From Octopus bimaculoides (taxonomy: Eukaryota), in assembly GCF_001194135.2 (NCBI RefSeq), contig NC_068992.1, forward strand, positions 27,601,650 to 27,665,649: a DNA stretch of 64,000 bases, given 5' to 3'. This document shows, one piece after another, positions 37,652 through 51,200 of the stretch. Position numbers and translations under genes: made by a program. Position 1 is the first letter of the stretch. Each line of letters begins with the position of its first letter. The notes beneath the pieces are model-generated. The model was given only the letters and a program-made list of their open reading frames with translations, was not told the origin of the DNA and did no database searches.

Positions 37652-40039
37652 CACAGAAAGAAAAAGAATGGAAAAGGAAAATACATCCAAGGTAACTGTG
37701 GAGGGCATGAAAAAAATTTTGTCTTTATCTCTTAAGTTGATTGACAACAGAATGATTTGACTGAGGGTAGGTAGTGCAACGAGATATTTGACTATAACCT
37801 CCTAATAACTGCCAAGTGATTTGCTTAAAATCAGTGGACTTCAATTATAAAACCATTGGATAATAAAGGATTAGTTTGATAGATAAACAACAGAAAAAAA
37901 TGACTAAAAATGTATTTAAGATAGCCTATTCTTCTAAAGAAAATTCATTAAAACTAAGTTTTCAAATAAACAAGCTAATAATCAAAAATATTTAAAACTT
38001 TTAGAATGTTTTTACATTTAAGTAGAAATTAAATGGAAATATTAAATTTGGCCATTTCATTCTTTCACACCTTCCTGAATTACATTCAGTTAGGTATGGC
38101 ATTTTTTATCTGTAAAAGATAATACACTAAAAACATTACTGCAATTATTTCTGGTTGAATTAACCAAAATTTAATAAATTAAAAAATATTGTCTGCAGTG
38201 TCTGAATCTGAATCCTACATAGACTTTTTTTTACTCCAATATTAACCAATACAACAAGCAAACATATGCTTTGATACACAAAGTTGTATTGCTGGAACTT
38301 AGATCCACTTAATTGCACCCAAATGCACCAAAATACCAATGTCAGGATAGTATTAAAAAGTCCTTTTGAGAGACAGTATAGACACCTTTTTGTGTAGGCA
38401 AAATGTCAATCATCTCTTCAGTGAGTTCTTGTTAAGCTTAGCATCTAATAAGTAGGACCTTCACTTTGGTTGAAGTGTCAAACAGTAAAATAATCTCAAC
38501 TATTACTGTTCCGAGACATTAGATTCTTAAATAAGGAGCTCTGCCAACCAACACCCATTATAAAGTTCACTATCCGAGTGTAGTGTAAAAAAAAAAAAAA
38601 ATGAACTACCATGACCTCGGGTCGTTAAATAACTAACAAAATATGTTAGTTAGTTATCTGTGATAAAACAATTGTCTGTTGCTAACATAACATTGCTGAT
38701 TTTTAAAAATTCTAATCATTTAAGATATCCAAGGGCCTCCTCATATTCCAGCCTGCTCTATCTATTCTACACTTCTATTTCAAACTCTACCCAATGGCAG
38801 TCTCCTCTTTCTTTCTGCATTGTTTTCAACCAAGATAGTTCTCTTTGGTAAAATATGTTCACAACAACAATTGCTTGTGACAAGTTCTTATTATACCTCC
38901 ATAGGTATCTAACAGCATGATACAAGTCTTACATCTTCATCACAACCAGGACAAAATTAATATGATAAAAAAGGTTATAAGTTAACAGGAAATTATCTGT
39001 GTCTCATGTATTTATTTTCAATCATTCTATTTTCTGTAATTATTCAATACACCTGAGTAGTTAATAACTATACTCTGTTTATCCTTAGGAATTTAATTAA
39101 AATATTTAGTGAACTTAACTTCAATCATAACATTGTCTCACTGGATGCTGTAGTTTATGAAATGTTTCTAATGATGGTACTGGGAAATCACATAATCAAA
39201 AGCAGCATTATTAACCACACATACAGTATTTAATATCAATGCAGACATGGTTGTTTCATATAAATTAGATATACATTAAGCAATAATTATTGCTGGACTT
39301 GTGCAATAAGAACCCCATATGCTTAATTTCCTATTCTTTGAAGAAATTTTGGAAAAATCAGTCTTAAAATTTTACTTTTTGCTATTTAATTTTTGGCCAG
39401 CTTCACTCTTTTTGTTTTAGAATACTTAACCTGCAAAATCTTTTCCATTTTTAGCATTTTTTTCCAGATTTTATTTCTGGATTAGTTGTATTAAACACAT
39501 GAGATTACAACCCTTACTTCATTTTACAATTATGGTCAGTGTTTAAGGTGAAGATTAAAGATTGGATTTAGAGTGAGGGAATAGAGTTTAAAGTTTGTGA
39601 ATGTCTTTTCCTTACATACACAATCGTAATTTCTAATGTTCAAAACATGGAAATCCAAAAACAAAAGAAAATGAGTTAATAAATTAGAAATTAAAGGAAA
39701 GCTATTTATTGTACAGTTCTGCCACATACTGTATATTTATTGTATCTCAACATACATTGTATCAATGTGGATTGTGACAACCGAAATAGATTCGTGTCAT
39801 TTCTTTTTACACTAAGTTATTGATACATGACAATATTTTAAGAAATAAAAAAGAAACATGTATATCTCTTTTAATAATACAACATTGCATTAAAAATAAT
39901 AAATTTATGCAGAATTATAGTAGTTCTCAATCAGCAAAACATAAAACCATGTTCTACATTTTCTAGGCAATGCTAAGTAATCTAGTAAAGTTTACTTTGG
40001 GTATTTACTGGTCATAGGTTATTTTTTATCTCTTACTTG

Positions 40040-40390
40040 TTTCAGTCATTTGACTGCAGTCATGTTGGGGCACCACCTTGAAAGATTTTAATCAAACAAA
40101 GCAACCCCAGTACTTATTTTGCTTAAAGCCTGGTATTTATTCTATCAGATACATTTTGCCAAACTGCTAAGTTACAAAGACATAAACAAACCAACACCAG
40201 TGAGGGATAAATACAGAAACACACATGATGAGCTTCCACACAGTTTTCATATACCAAATTCACTCACTCACAAGGGTTTGGCCAGTCCAAAGATATAGAA
40301 GACACTTGCCCAAGGTGACATGCAATAGGACTGAACCTAGAACCTTGAGACTGGAAAACATATTTCTTATCATACAACCACACATACACC
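40040..40390 (-). mobile_element. Near full-length tRNA-derived SINE (family of 61451-61760)
   Basis: ctcttacttgtttcagtcatttgactgcagtcatgttggggcacc...gaagacacttgcccaaggtgaca..ggactgaacctagaacc, the reverse complement of the + copy. Confidence 0.85.
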
Positions 40391-41269
40391 TTAACTCGAA
40401 AAATTAGGCTTTAAATACTTGCTTGTATTAGACTAAAATGCTTATATAGTTTTAACAAACCAATTTGAGGACTGATTTACATGTTCAGTGTTTAATTTCA
40501 TTCGTTGGTTTCAATTTCTTACAATATTAGATTCTATGAATTTTAATAATGAATTTTAATAATGAAAAATTACTTGATAAATTAAAAACATTTTCTAAAA
40601 GACTCAAGTTTCAAGTCATAATTTTATTCTGAAAGATAACATTTTTTTAAATATGTAATGCATGTTTATAAATATTTCAAGTAATAATGTAACTAAACTA
40701 TGTATTAAGAAAAAAATCTAAAATAACTTTTAAATAATTTGACTTCTGGATTGAGAGTAAAAGTAATAATGAATACTATGCATTCTGTTAAAATATGAAA
40801 TTATTAAATTATAGATATTAATTATAGACATATATTCTGTTCACCACATATAATAGTATGTTTGAATATATATGTGAGTTTTAGTTTTTAGAATAGGCAC
40901 ACTGTATGACTATATCATAAGAGGCAACTAAAAGGGTTATCATCAGGAAAGGTATTCTGCCTTAAAATATTGCTTCAGAAATTCCTATGCCAGCATTTAG
41001 GAATGAAAATAAACTCTCATTTTATCTATATAAAAGACCACAAATACACACACACACATCTAATATATAGATATATATACAAACATGTGCACACATCTAA
41101 ACATACACACCTACTATATAAAGTGAAAACTGAATTTTAATTAAAAATTAAACACTGCTACTGACAGCAGTTAAATCATGATTGAATCAGAAAATATAAA
41201 TGAAATATATAAGTGAAGATATTTAAACAATGGAAGAACTAACTAGAAAAATTAGAACTGTTTTCCAAG

Positions 41270-41312
41270 TTAAAAATATATGACTTACTTGAAGATGTAA
41301 CTGAACCTGGAG
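41270..41312 (+). CDS. Coding exon of an unrecognised + strand gene (LKIYDLLEDVTEPG)
   Basis: Perfect donor GAG|GTAAGT (phase 1). Acceptor ctgttttccaag| (in-frame alternatives at 41247 and 41256). Phase fits exon 46607-46641. Confidence 0.55.
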
Positions 41313-41949
41313 GTAAGTAACCTATTCAGCGTTTGACAACAAGTGGGGAAAATACTTTATTGTAAAGCTTTATAATGCTTCACTATACCAATACACAAAC
41401 CAATGTTAAAGCCAATGTCCAGGAAATTTTTTATGAGTTAAAAATAAACAAAGAAAGCATGAATGAATGGCAGAGAAGTAAAGAAAAGAATTGCTGCAAT
41501 GACCACTCACTAACAAAAGAAGACAAATATCTCAGCTACAACTAATCCCAACAGTAAATGGATAAAATAATTTAGGTCAAATTGTTCCTCTTAACAACAA
41601 GTTTTTAGCAATATTTCAAACTTCAAGATGTTTAATATTTGTTTTTTATTATTATTTACAGTTTGATTACTAAAAGATATTTTAATATAATTGCTATGTG
41701 TAAACAACTACTTTTCAAATATCCTAAATTTTTAATAAAAAATATTCACTTAGTTCTAAAAGCTAGAAGAGTAGATATAAACTACCAGTAAGTAAAATCT
41801 GTAGCCTAGTTTTAGTTCTTGAGAGTGATTTCACTTCACTTGCATTGTTTTACCTTGGAAAAGCCTCCTAAGTTCATAGACTTTGTATTTTAGAGATGCC
41901 ATCCAGTATGAATAACAAGAGGTAAATTAAAGCAATGCAAAGGTTAGAG

Positions 41950-42565
41950 AAGAGGAATGAGGCTAGTATGCTCTGCTGGATGTGTCGTGTAAGTGTATAT
42001 GTTCAACAGAGTGCTCGTGTATTGAGAGAGAAGTTAGGCATAAGAACGAGATGCAGTATGCAAGAGAGAAGATTGCATTGGCTTGGTTTGGTTGTGTGAT
42101 GAGGATGGATGCCAACAGTTTCATAAAGAAGTGCCAATCTCTCAAAGTAGATGGAACATGTGGAAGAGATAGATCCGGGAAGATATGGGATGAAGTATTG
42201 AAGGACAATCTCAGACAAGATGACAAAGAACTAAGATACCTGACACCTTGCTGTACTCAAGAATACTCGTACTCCACAGCAGAAGTGTTAAGGTCACTCC
42301 CTCTGGTGAAGAGGATTGGCCTGCAAAAGTCCTGTGCTGGTGCCATGTAAAAAGCACTCATGTTGGTGCCATATAAAAGTGCTCGTGTGGTGCCACGTTA
42401 AAAGCACCTAGCGCACTGTAAAGGGGTTGGCATTAGGAAAGGCATCCAGCCATAGAAACCATGCCAAATCAGACTGGAACCTGGTGTGGCTTTCTGGCTT
42501 GCTAGCTCTGGTGAAACTGTCCAACCCATGCCTGCTTAGAAAACAGACATTAAATGATGATGGTT
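41950..42565 (+). mobile_element. 5'-truncated decayed RTE LINE end with 3' UTR
   Basis: ORF 41982-42350 LAWFGCVMRMD...VDGTCGRDRSGKIWDEV, followed by the same 3' UTR ending cagacattaaatgatgatg. Confidence 0.85.
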
Positions 42566-43049
42566 TAATACATGGAGAATTGAAAAGCTAACCACAAAAT
42601 ATATAGCCAATAAGGAAAATAGCTAAACCAGTCAGTGGTTAATATTTTTGTTTCAATAGTAAATATGAAAAACAACTCTGCACATATTTTAGTTTAGCTC
42701 TGACCTTCTCAGGAGAGAATAATCCTTCCCAAGTTTGCCAGAGTTGTTATAAATGAATCACTCACTAAGTATACAAAATTGATAAACTAGAGATATATCA
42801 TATACAGCATGAGTTTGAACATCAGCTCAGGTACTCCAAAACCCAACACATCACAGAATATTAAAAACATTTTATATAATTTTAATAGTAAAACTTGAAT
42901 CATGGAAACTGAAGCAGACATAAAAAAATGAAACATCATCCTAATCAGATTCATTATTTCATTCCAAACTTTTTCCCTAAACAGCACTGCTGAATTAAAG
43001 ACATCATTATATCAGCCATATGAATTATCTAGTACAGTATCATGGAAAA

Positions 43050-43990
43050 CTAATACAAATAGCTATGAAACATTAACATGAAATATGGACTGTTTTTTGT
43101 CTTCAAAGAAGCCAATAGAAAACAAGCTGCAATAACAGACAGCTATGAAGTAAATGGAGAAGCCACACCAGAAATCATGAAATAATTAAAATTTAAACTA
43201 AAATTGAGACTAGAGGATACCATGATAAAACAATTTGCACATAAATCCCCTATACAGCAAATACTGGAGAAAAGATGAAAATAGTTAGAGTAGGAACAGA
43301 AATCTCACATTAAATGAGATAAACAAGATTCAAACTAGAGACTAGGGGGTTCTTGATCATGGCACAGGATCAATAGAAACAATCAATAGAAATAGTCAAT
43401 AGCTAATAATGAAGTAGAATACAGTAACTGCAGAACATGGAGATGGAGAAGAAACAATTAAAAACACTATCTTAGGCTACCTAGTCTTAGCCAAGAGAGA
43501 AAACATCTACAAACATGACAGAGTTGGGTCTTTACATTCACTATAAAATACCAACAGAAAAGAGATGGTATAAGCATACACCAAAAAAAAAAAGATCTCC
43601 AAGAATGGCAAAGTGACCATACTCTAAGATATATCATACAAACAGACAGAGATCAAGGCTAACAGAAAAGATATTGTTGTCAAGGAGGATCAGGAAAAGA
43701 AATACCTTCTAACTGACATATCAGTCCCAACAGTTGATAATATATCTCTAAAACAGAATGAGAAATTATCCAAATACAAAGATTTGGAAACAGAGATAAC
43801 CTGAATGTAGGGCATGCAAATAGAAACAATCCCTCTAATAACAGGTGCTTTGGGAATGATAAAAAATGCAGACAAATACATATACAGGACTTAGAATATA
43901 TACAACATACAGAAAATAGCACTGCAAGGTACTACACACATACGCAGAGCACTTTCAATACAATACAAAACCAAAACAAAACACTACACA
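43050..43990 (+). mobile_element. R4/Dong-like non-LTR retrotransposon 3' fragment (CCHC remnant and restriction-like endonuclease)
   Basis: Decayed GFLIMAQDQ, CRT..GEETI, KHDRVG, TDREIKANRKDIVVK, LTDISVPT, EKLSKYKDLETEI, IPLITGALGMIK: the motif order of R4-clade REL endonucleases. Confidence 0.85.
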
Positions 43991-44039
43991 TGTCAAAGGT
44001 ACACAGAGATAATGATGATAATAATAAGAAATCTTTCTA

Positions 44040-44650
44040 CTATAGGCACAAAGCCTGAAATTTTTGTGGGTGGGGATCTAGTCAATTACATCAACCCCAG
44101 TGCTCAACTGGTATTTATTTTATCAACACCGAAAGAATGAAAGGCAAAACCAACTTTGGTGGAATTTGAACTCAGAACGCAAAGCCAAAAGGAATGTCAC
44201 TCAGTATTTTGCCCAGCATGCTAATGATTCAGCCAGCTCAATCTCTTGATGATAATGGTTTCAAATTTCTTGTTGGAATGGAGAAGTCAATTACATTGAC
44301 CCTAATGCTCAAGTGGTACGTATTTCATTGACCCCAAAAGGATGAAAAGCAAAGTTGACCTCAGCAGAATTTGAACTAAGTATTTTGTCCAGCATGCTAA
44401 TGATTCTGCCAACTTGACAAACTTATATAATTCTTTCTATTATGGGCACAATGCATAAATTTTTAGGAGAGGGCACTAGTTGATTACATCAAGCCCAGTG
44501 CTCAACCAGTACTTATTTTTTTCAACCCTCAAAAAGAATGAAAGGCAAAGTCAACGTCAGTGGCATTAATACTCAGAATGTAAAGATCAAGGAGAAACAA
44601 TGCAATTATATTGTGACTGATGCACTAACAAGTCTGCCAGTTCACTGCCT
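44040..44650 (-). mobile_element. Three tandem copies of a third tRNA-derived SINE family
   Basis: Three units with ccccagtgctcaactggta..gaaaggcaaa..gaatttgaactcagaa..gcatgctaatgattc. The reverse strand carries a B-box GAGTTCAAATT. Dispersed relatives near 4235, 19795, 34300, 35900, 46000 and 51570. Confidence 0.8.
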
Positions 44651-46203
44651 TAATGATAAGCAAATGTATTGGAATCTGAAAGTATAGATTCCTATTTTGT
44701 TGCATTATAATTTTTGACTCACTTTACATACAGATCTATTTAAGGGTTAATTTCCAATCTGGGAAATTAATTCTTAATTAGACCAGTATCTTATTCTAAG
44801 AGATATTTACTTTCCTTCTTAACCCTAAAGAAACTTGGGAATAGTTTCTGAAAATAAGATCTTTCAAAATGTAAATCTCTGAACAAACTAGTTGCCTAAC
44901 ACCTCAACCCTGGCCCACCCAACACACCTGTTTACCCTAGTCCTCTCATTACACCTATTGTGTGCAGCATCCACTCTCTTTAGATCCACATTAATCACTC
45001 TTCTCAGTCCTGTCCCTTCAAAGCACTAATCCACACAAAATCTCTCTCAACCTATGATTTTCCTGCAGACATCAATTTGTAGATGTTTGTCCAAACTGAA
45101 CATTAAACTCATCCCAATCAATCTTACAAGTCAGAGAGAGTCTGCAACAGTTATAGGTGCAGCTCCTTACCAAGACTGGATAAATGTAGTGTAAGGCTTG
45201 TAACATGTTATAAATAGGCTCAAAAATTTTTTTTTAAATCAGAAACACAGATATTAAAAAACATACTTTTTACTTGCACAATGAACTATAATTTAAAAGT
45301 TACATTTTGTAGGTTTAACATGAGCAAACTTGTTGATGATAGTGGAAATGTATATTTCTTGCAGAAGTTCATGGTTAATGCTTATATTACAAGAAAGTTG
45401 TTAAATCTGTTTTGACCTATCGTGCTCCTTAGTTCATTTTTAATCCTTTTCAGTTTTAAAAATTATCCCCTTCCACCACAGTTGGTAACTATGAGTGACA
45501 AATACGCAAGCTATTAAATAGTAAAAATGTATACCTACAAAGTCTTATTTGGTGCTGATATGGAGAGCAATATCAGTTTTAAGCACTTTCTATAAGGTGT
45601 ACAAATTCTTCAGGACTTTCTTCAGATATAATCTGACAAGATTTGATGATTACTTTACAATCTCTTTATGTGTGATTGACTGCAACTTATGAAAGAATTC
45701 AAATAAACTCTACCACTTTCTTTTTCTGGCTGTTTAACAAAGCAGAAAACATGTTATCATTAACAAAAACTCTAAATAACATAAGCCTGAGAATTTAATG
45801 AGCTGTCCAAGTGATGTTAGCATGGAAAAGCAGATGTCAAATGATGAGATCTATAGTGCTGGAACCACAAAAATCATTATATATGCAATTTTGCTTGTGT
45901 TCTCTTCAAATTTGTTATAATCTTCACTCTAAGTCAGGTCCTTGACTTTTTGGTCAATGCCTGGGAAAATAGACTGCATAGAAGAGTAATTAGAATAGTG
46001 GATAAACTGTCTTGTAGTATTTGTATGGGTTTTCTGCATTGTGAGTTCAAATCCTGCTGAGGCTAAATCATCCTTATGGTGTTATTAAATAAAGTATCAG
46101 TAAGTACTGAGATAAATTCTCTCTCTTAGAATCAGTTACATTGCAGTGCGAGAAGGTCATGAGAAATTACTTATATTGTCCCTTTCTCCAGGAAAGTAAC
46201 CTA

Positions 46204-46251
<48 letters not shown>

Positions 46252-46606
46252 NNNNNNNNNNNNNNNNNNNNNNNNNNNNNNNNNNNNNNNNNNNNNNNNN
46301 NNNNNNNNNNNNNNNNNNNNNNNNNNNNNNNNNNNNNNNNNNNNNNNNNNATATATATATATATATATAACTGATATGCTAATGAAACTATTAAGAGTTG
46401 ACCAAATAAATGTGCAGTAAAGTATGCAATGAAAATTAAGAAGTAAGCTTTAAAAGACTTTGGATCTATTTTACAAAGTAGACTACATCTGAAAATTTTC
46501 ATGGGAGTTAATGAGAAATGATATAAAAGTGGAAAGGAAAACTTGAGTGTACACAAGTTGGTGGTGGTTTTGGACCTTGTTAATAAATCTGCATCTCTCT
46601 GTGTAG

Positions 46607-46641
46607 TTCTATACTATTGTCCATGGGAAATTAATCAGTTG
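46607..46641 (+). CDS. Coding exon of the + strand gene ((V)LYYCPWEINQL)
   Basis: gcatctctctgtgtag|TTCTATAC...CAGTTG|gtaaga; phase 1 to 0, bridging 41270-41312 and 48962-49133. Confidence 0.55.
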
Positions 46642-47466
46642 GTAAGAACAAATCTATTTTACTCAATGACAGATTTATTGACTGTCATTACAAAATCTAC
46701 TTGAAATGAAAACTGCAAATGCGTAAAGGTGAATGGCAGAGTGGTGTCAAGATTTTACTATAATTCTCGGCACATATTTTCTATTGCATTCACCTTCTGT
46801 ATCATTGTTGTTTTCAGGCATGCATTCAAATAAAAGAATTATTGGAATTCTTATACCATTTGCAAAGTCCTAACCTTATTTCAATTTTGCAATAATATTG
46901 TGTCTGTTTTTCATTTATTTTCATTCACGTTGAAATTAGCACCTCTTTTCCATTTTTCTTTTCTTTTGTGTCTGTTTTATATAATTTTTTTTTATCGTTG
47001 GTAAAAACCTAAATCATCTACCATACCTGCAGTATTAGGGATATGGGCACAGTAATAAAAAAAAATGTTTCCTTAAGAGAGAAAAAGTAACACTAACTGA
47101 AACAAAATTATCTTCAGAAAGATAAAAAGCAATGTGAATTAAGGAGTGAGTTTTAAGATTGATAAAATATCCTTATGCTGTACAATTTAAAACAATACAT
47201 AAAAGTGAAAGTATTTGTCACATAATGTCTATGAACCAAATATATAATATAGTATTTCTATGAAAGACAAACCCCACCCCCACCCCTGCATACACAGGGT
47301 AAATATCATTTAAGTAAAGGAAGTTTCGAAGTAAATAACTTAATTTCTATGAACTACAGCTCACTTATACACACACACACACACACACACACACCTTCCA
47401 TTGTGAAAATATAGCGAGTGAACTAATTGTTGACAATCATAGTCAAAGAATAACAGATGCGCGCGC

Positions 47467-47509
<43 letters not shown>

Positions 47510-48214
47510 ATATAGATTCGATCAAGTGATCTAATGTTGAAAATGGGAGTGTATTAAATTTGTTATTTGTGCTATAACATTCCATAGCAATATAATGTTG
47601 ATAAATAGAACAAGAATCATTTTGTGAAACCAGTCTGAATTTGTGATTATTTCAGAATTTATTTGAAACACATAATGGGTGTATTTTGATCAGAAATACA
47701 GTAACAAAAGGATTAAAGTAGATATTGTAAACAAATTGTTCCTTGCCTGCTTAAAAATCCTAGTTTGATTTAATGAGAATTACAGTGTCTATAATACATA
47801 TTAATATGATCTACTCAACTGAATTTATTTATAAAGTCCAATTATTCTAGAAGTTCAATGCAACTCTATATTTTATGTATATACATTGAATCAGAAGAAC
47901 GCCACATAAAATACCTTGTGATATTTTATGTCCCCTTACATTCTGATTTCAAGACAGCCTTAAATGCCCTTTTGAGGTTAATAAAATGAGTATCAAAGTA
48001 CTAGGGCCAGTATAATTGAATCATCTTGGCTGCAGTGAAACTAGTAAATGAAAGAAAAATACACTGTCAGTTTTACAGAAGGCAACAAACCATAAAACTT
48101 ACATGCAGCACTGATACTCTGTTACACATAATGTTACTTTATTGCTGTTTAATTGATATGATGATGTACCCCAAACAGATTTATATAACCCATACAAGCA
48201 TGGATAAACAAATC

Positions 48215-48439
48215 TTAACCCTTTAATGTTCAGACTAATTTGTCAAAAACAATCCTTATTTATTCACATTTCTAAAAATTAATCTGGTATTATCTTGTAG
48301 CTTCAATATTTCAAAGATGTAATTGTTTATTCTTAGAATGACATTGCAGGGTAGGTTCTGGCTGTTTCTGGCTAGTTTGAACATAAAATGGGTAGAATTT
48401 TAGGGCTGGATACAACCAGTTTAAACACTAAAGGGTTAA
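48215..48439. mobile_element. TTAA-bounded MITE, copy 2
   Basis: TTAACCCTTTAA...CTAAAGGGTTAA, homologous to 4525-4748. A partial inverted copy lies at about 49389-49520. Confidence 0.85.
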
Positions 48440-48961
48440 GAAAATAATGACAATAATATTTTCTTTCTTTGGTTTCATAGTCATGTTAGAGTACTTCTGA
48501 CACAGGGTTTAGTCAGAGTGACCATACATCCAAGCCCTTAATACTTAGAGCAGAGATCAATAAATATTTACCTGGTTATCAACTGGTTGGATCTATATAT
48601 GCATGCATGTGTACGTGTGTGTGTTTGGTCAATGCAGAGCATACAGAACCATGTTGCACTCTATCTAAACTAAGGACATGCAGAAAAAGAGGCTTAGCTG
48701 ATACATTACACACTTGCTCAGAAACTCATGTCCCAAATATTGGAGCAGCATAACACACATATCTCATTTCATTTAACTGACAAAATTTTGCAAAGTATTG
48801 GTCAATATGAGGCTATGTTGAAAGATGTATGCTCAAAGAGATAAGTAGGATTAAACCCATAACCATAGAGCCATGCCTGAACCCATAAGATATATTAATA
48901 TGAGCAAACAGCTTGTCCAAAAAATATTGTTACCCCACAAATGCAAAACCTTCACTCTTAG

Positions 48962-49133
48962 TTTATGTTAAGCTCTACACATATGATAGAACCATCATCT
49001 GAGTATGTCTCACATGCAGGGAGTATGAAAAATATAGGTCGCCGTAATCATTGGTCTAAAGAACCTTTTCTAGCTGTAAAATATTTCCATTATGACAATT
49101 GTAATACCACTTTCATTTGGCAAAATGCTGCTG
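48962..49133 (+). CDS. Coding exon of the + strand gene (FMLSSTHMIEP...HWSKEPFLAVKYFHYDNCNTTFIWQNAA)
   Basis: accttcactcttag| acceptor, 172 nt open, CTG|GTATTT donor; phase 0 to 1, matching both neighbours; CpG retained. Confidence 0.6.
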
Positions 49134-49882
49134 GTATTTTCTCTGTCAGGTAGTAATATTATGGGCAAGGATAAAAGTGGTTTTTCATCTTCAATGAAAC
49201 AAGATTTCTTTAAGTATCATTTGATATGGAAGGCAGTTGTACTGCCATTAAAATGAATTAATAAAAGATAAGTGAGAGTGACAAAATTGGGGCGATGAAG
49301 GTCTGACCCCGTCAGTTTGCTAAAGGGTAATGTCCTAAGCAATATGTTTTAGGTGCCCTACATCCATCTAAAAGGCTAGTTTTTATGTTTAACCTTTTCA
49401 CATTTAAACAGGCTATATCTGGCCCAAATAGTTTGCCTGTTTTATGTTCATATTAGCTGGATCTGGCTTCTAACATCTACCATACAATGTTATTCTAAAA
49501 ATAGACAATCACATCTTCACAGCATTCAAGACATACACCTTTCACGTCTGGCTGTACAGCCTTTTTGTTTGTTTATTTCACCGTTTCGTTTTCTTGTCTT
49601 GTTTTCCGTCCGCCACTACCCTCCACGAAAACAATTTAATTTGTGTTCGTGGGAAGAACCATTTTAACGATACATACTGCCTTAATTCTTCGAAACGCCG
49701 GAGTTTTAATGGTGGCAGCTGATGAAGGGGATGTTTCTATGTGGCCTGCTTGTTTGTTGCACCTTGTTTACCATTTTGTCCTTGTTCTTTTGCCACGTCA
49801 TGTACCCAGTTATGTATCTATGTGTACATGTAGATGAACGTATATACATACATGTACATATATATGCATATACTCATATATT

Positions 49883-49928
<46 letters not shown>

Positions 49929-51120
49929 TTGCTTACTTATTTTGACTATATTTTATAGCTATCTTAGTCTGGAAGAGAGAAGGATTCTAACCTTGACCAT
50001 CCTTGCTTTTGTATAAAAGAACATTATCCAATGTGTTCTTCCTGCAAGGAAGTTCAATTTTATATGAGGATTATTTAGCTGCAGAGTAACTACATAGAGA
50101 CTCCCTCTTAGATTAAAATCATTTCTGTGATTATACACACACACACACACACACACACATGCATGCGTGCACATGCACACACTTACATATACACACACAT
50201 GCTTTGCTCTTCTCTGTAAGCTGCACTTGTGGCAAAATAAGGAAAACATTACTACTGTTATCAAGAATGTGTAGTGTGTGCCAGAATCAGTAGAGATCTG
50301 GATAAAATATCTTGCTATAATTATCTATTGCCATATTTTGAGTTTAAAATCACCTTTGACACTTCCAGGGTCGATAGAATAAATACTTGTCAAGTATTTG
50401 AATCAACCAAATGTATTAGATCCCTCCCAGAAATTTATCATCTTGTTCCTATATTAGAAAGCAGTATAGTCAGTATGGTGGATGACAAGTTGATAAGGTG
50501 AAAGAAGTACTATCTTAGAAGAGATTGAAGGTAGTGAAGAGAGGGTGTGTTTTTTTTATCTTCAACAAAACACTCAAAACATGGCTTTTCATCTTCAATG
50601 AAACACTCAACTTCTTTAAATATCACTTGATATGCTTGTGATATCACTTAAATATTGCTTGATATCAGTAACATAGAACAGCAGATTAGTGATGTTTAGT
50701 TCCAAATTAACCCTAATTTTGCAAGCCTATGTTTAAAGGCATTCTAGCTATGATTATTCCATCTTTTCACAGTAGAGGGTCACACAATATGGTTTGCAAT
50801 TTGATTTCAAATCTGGCAAGAGTCATCAAGTCATCAATGCTTTTCATTCTTCTAGGAACAATAGCATAAATTCCAATCAAATATTAGGGTCAATTTAATC
50901 AATTGTACTCATTTCTGAAATATGTTACCTTGGGCTTATTTCATAAACCATTATCATAATTCATTGGCACAAAGTCTTAAAGGGACTAAATTGTATCACA
51001 TCCTCAGCTACTCAAGAAATTTTTCTATATTCTGTGAACTGACCTAATATTGTTTCAGAGGTTCTGCAGTATACTTGATTACCTGCAACAGTGCATAAAG
51101 TTATCACACCTCTTTTGTAG

Positions 51121-51200
51121 TTGATATGGTGACAGATGTGGTTGGATGCACACATTTATACATTGCAAGCATGAGAAAACAAATACTAAATAAATTGATG
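51121..51200 (+). CDS. Coding exon of the + strand gene ((V)DMVTDVVGCTHLYIASMRKQILNKLM)
   Basis: cacctcttttgtag| acceptor and ATG|GTAAGT donor; 80 nt, only the phase-1 frame is open; ends in phase 0. Confidence 0.7.

Noticed and set aside
41289-41306. 18-nt - strand microexon candidate (VQLHLQ)
   Set aside because: Overlaps the + strand exon that fits a multi-exon phase chain; antisense mimicry of splice words is the simpler explanation.
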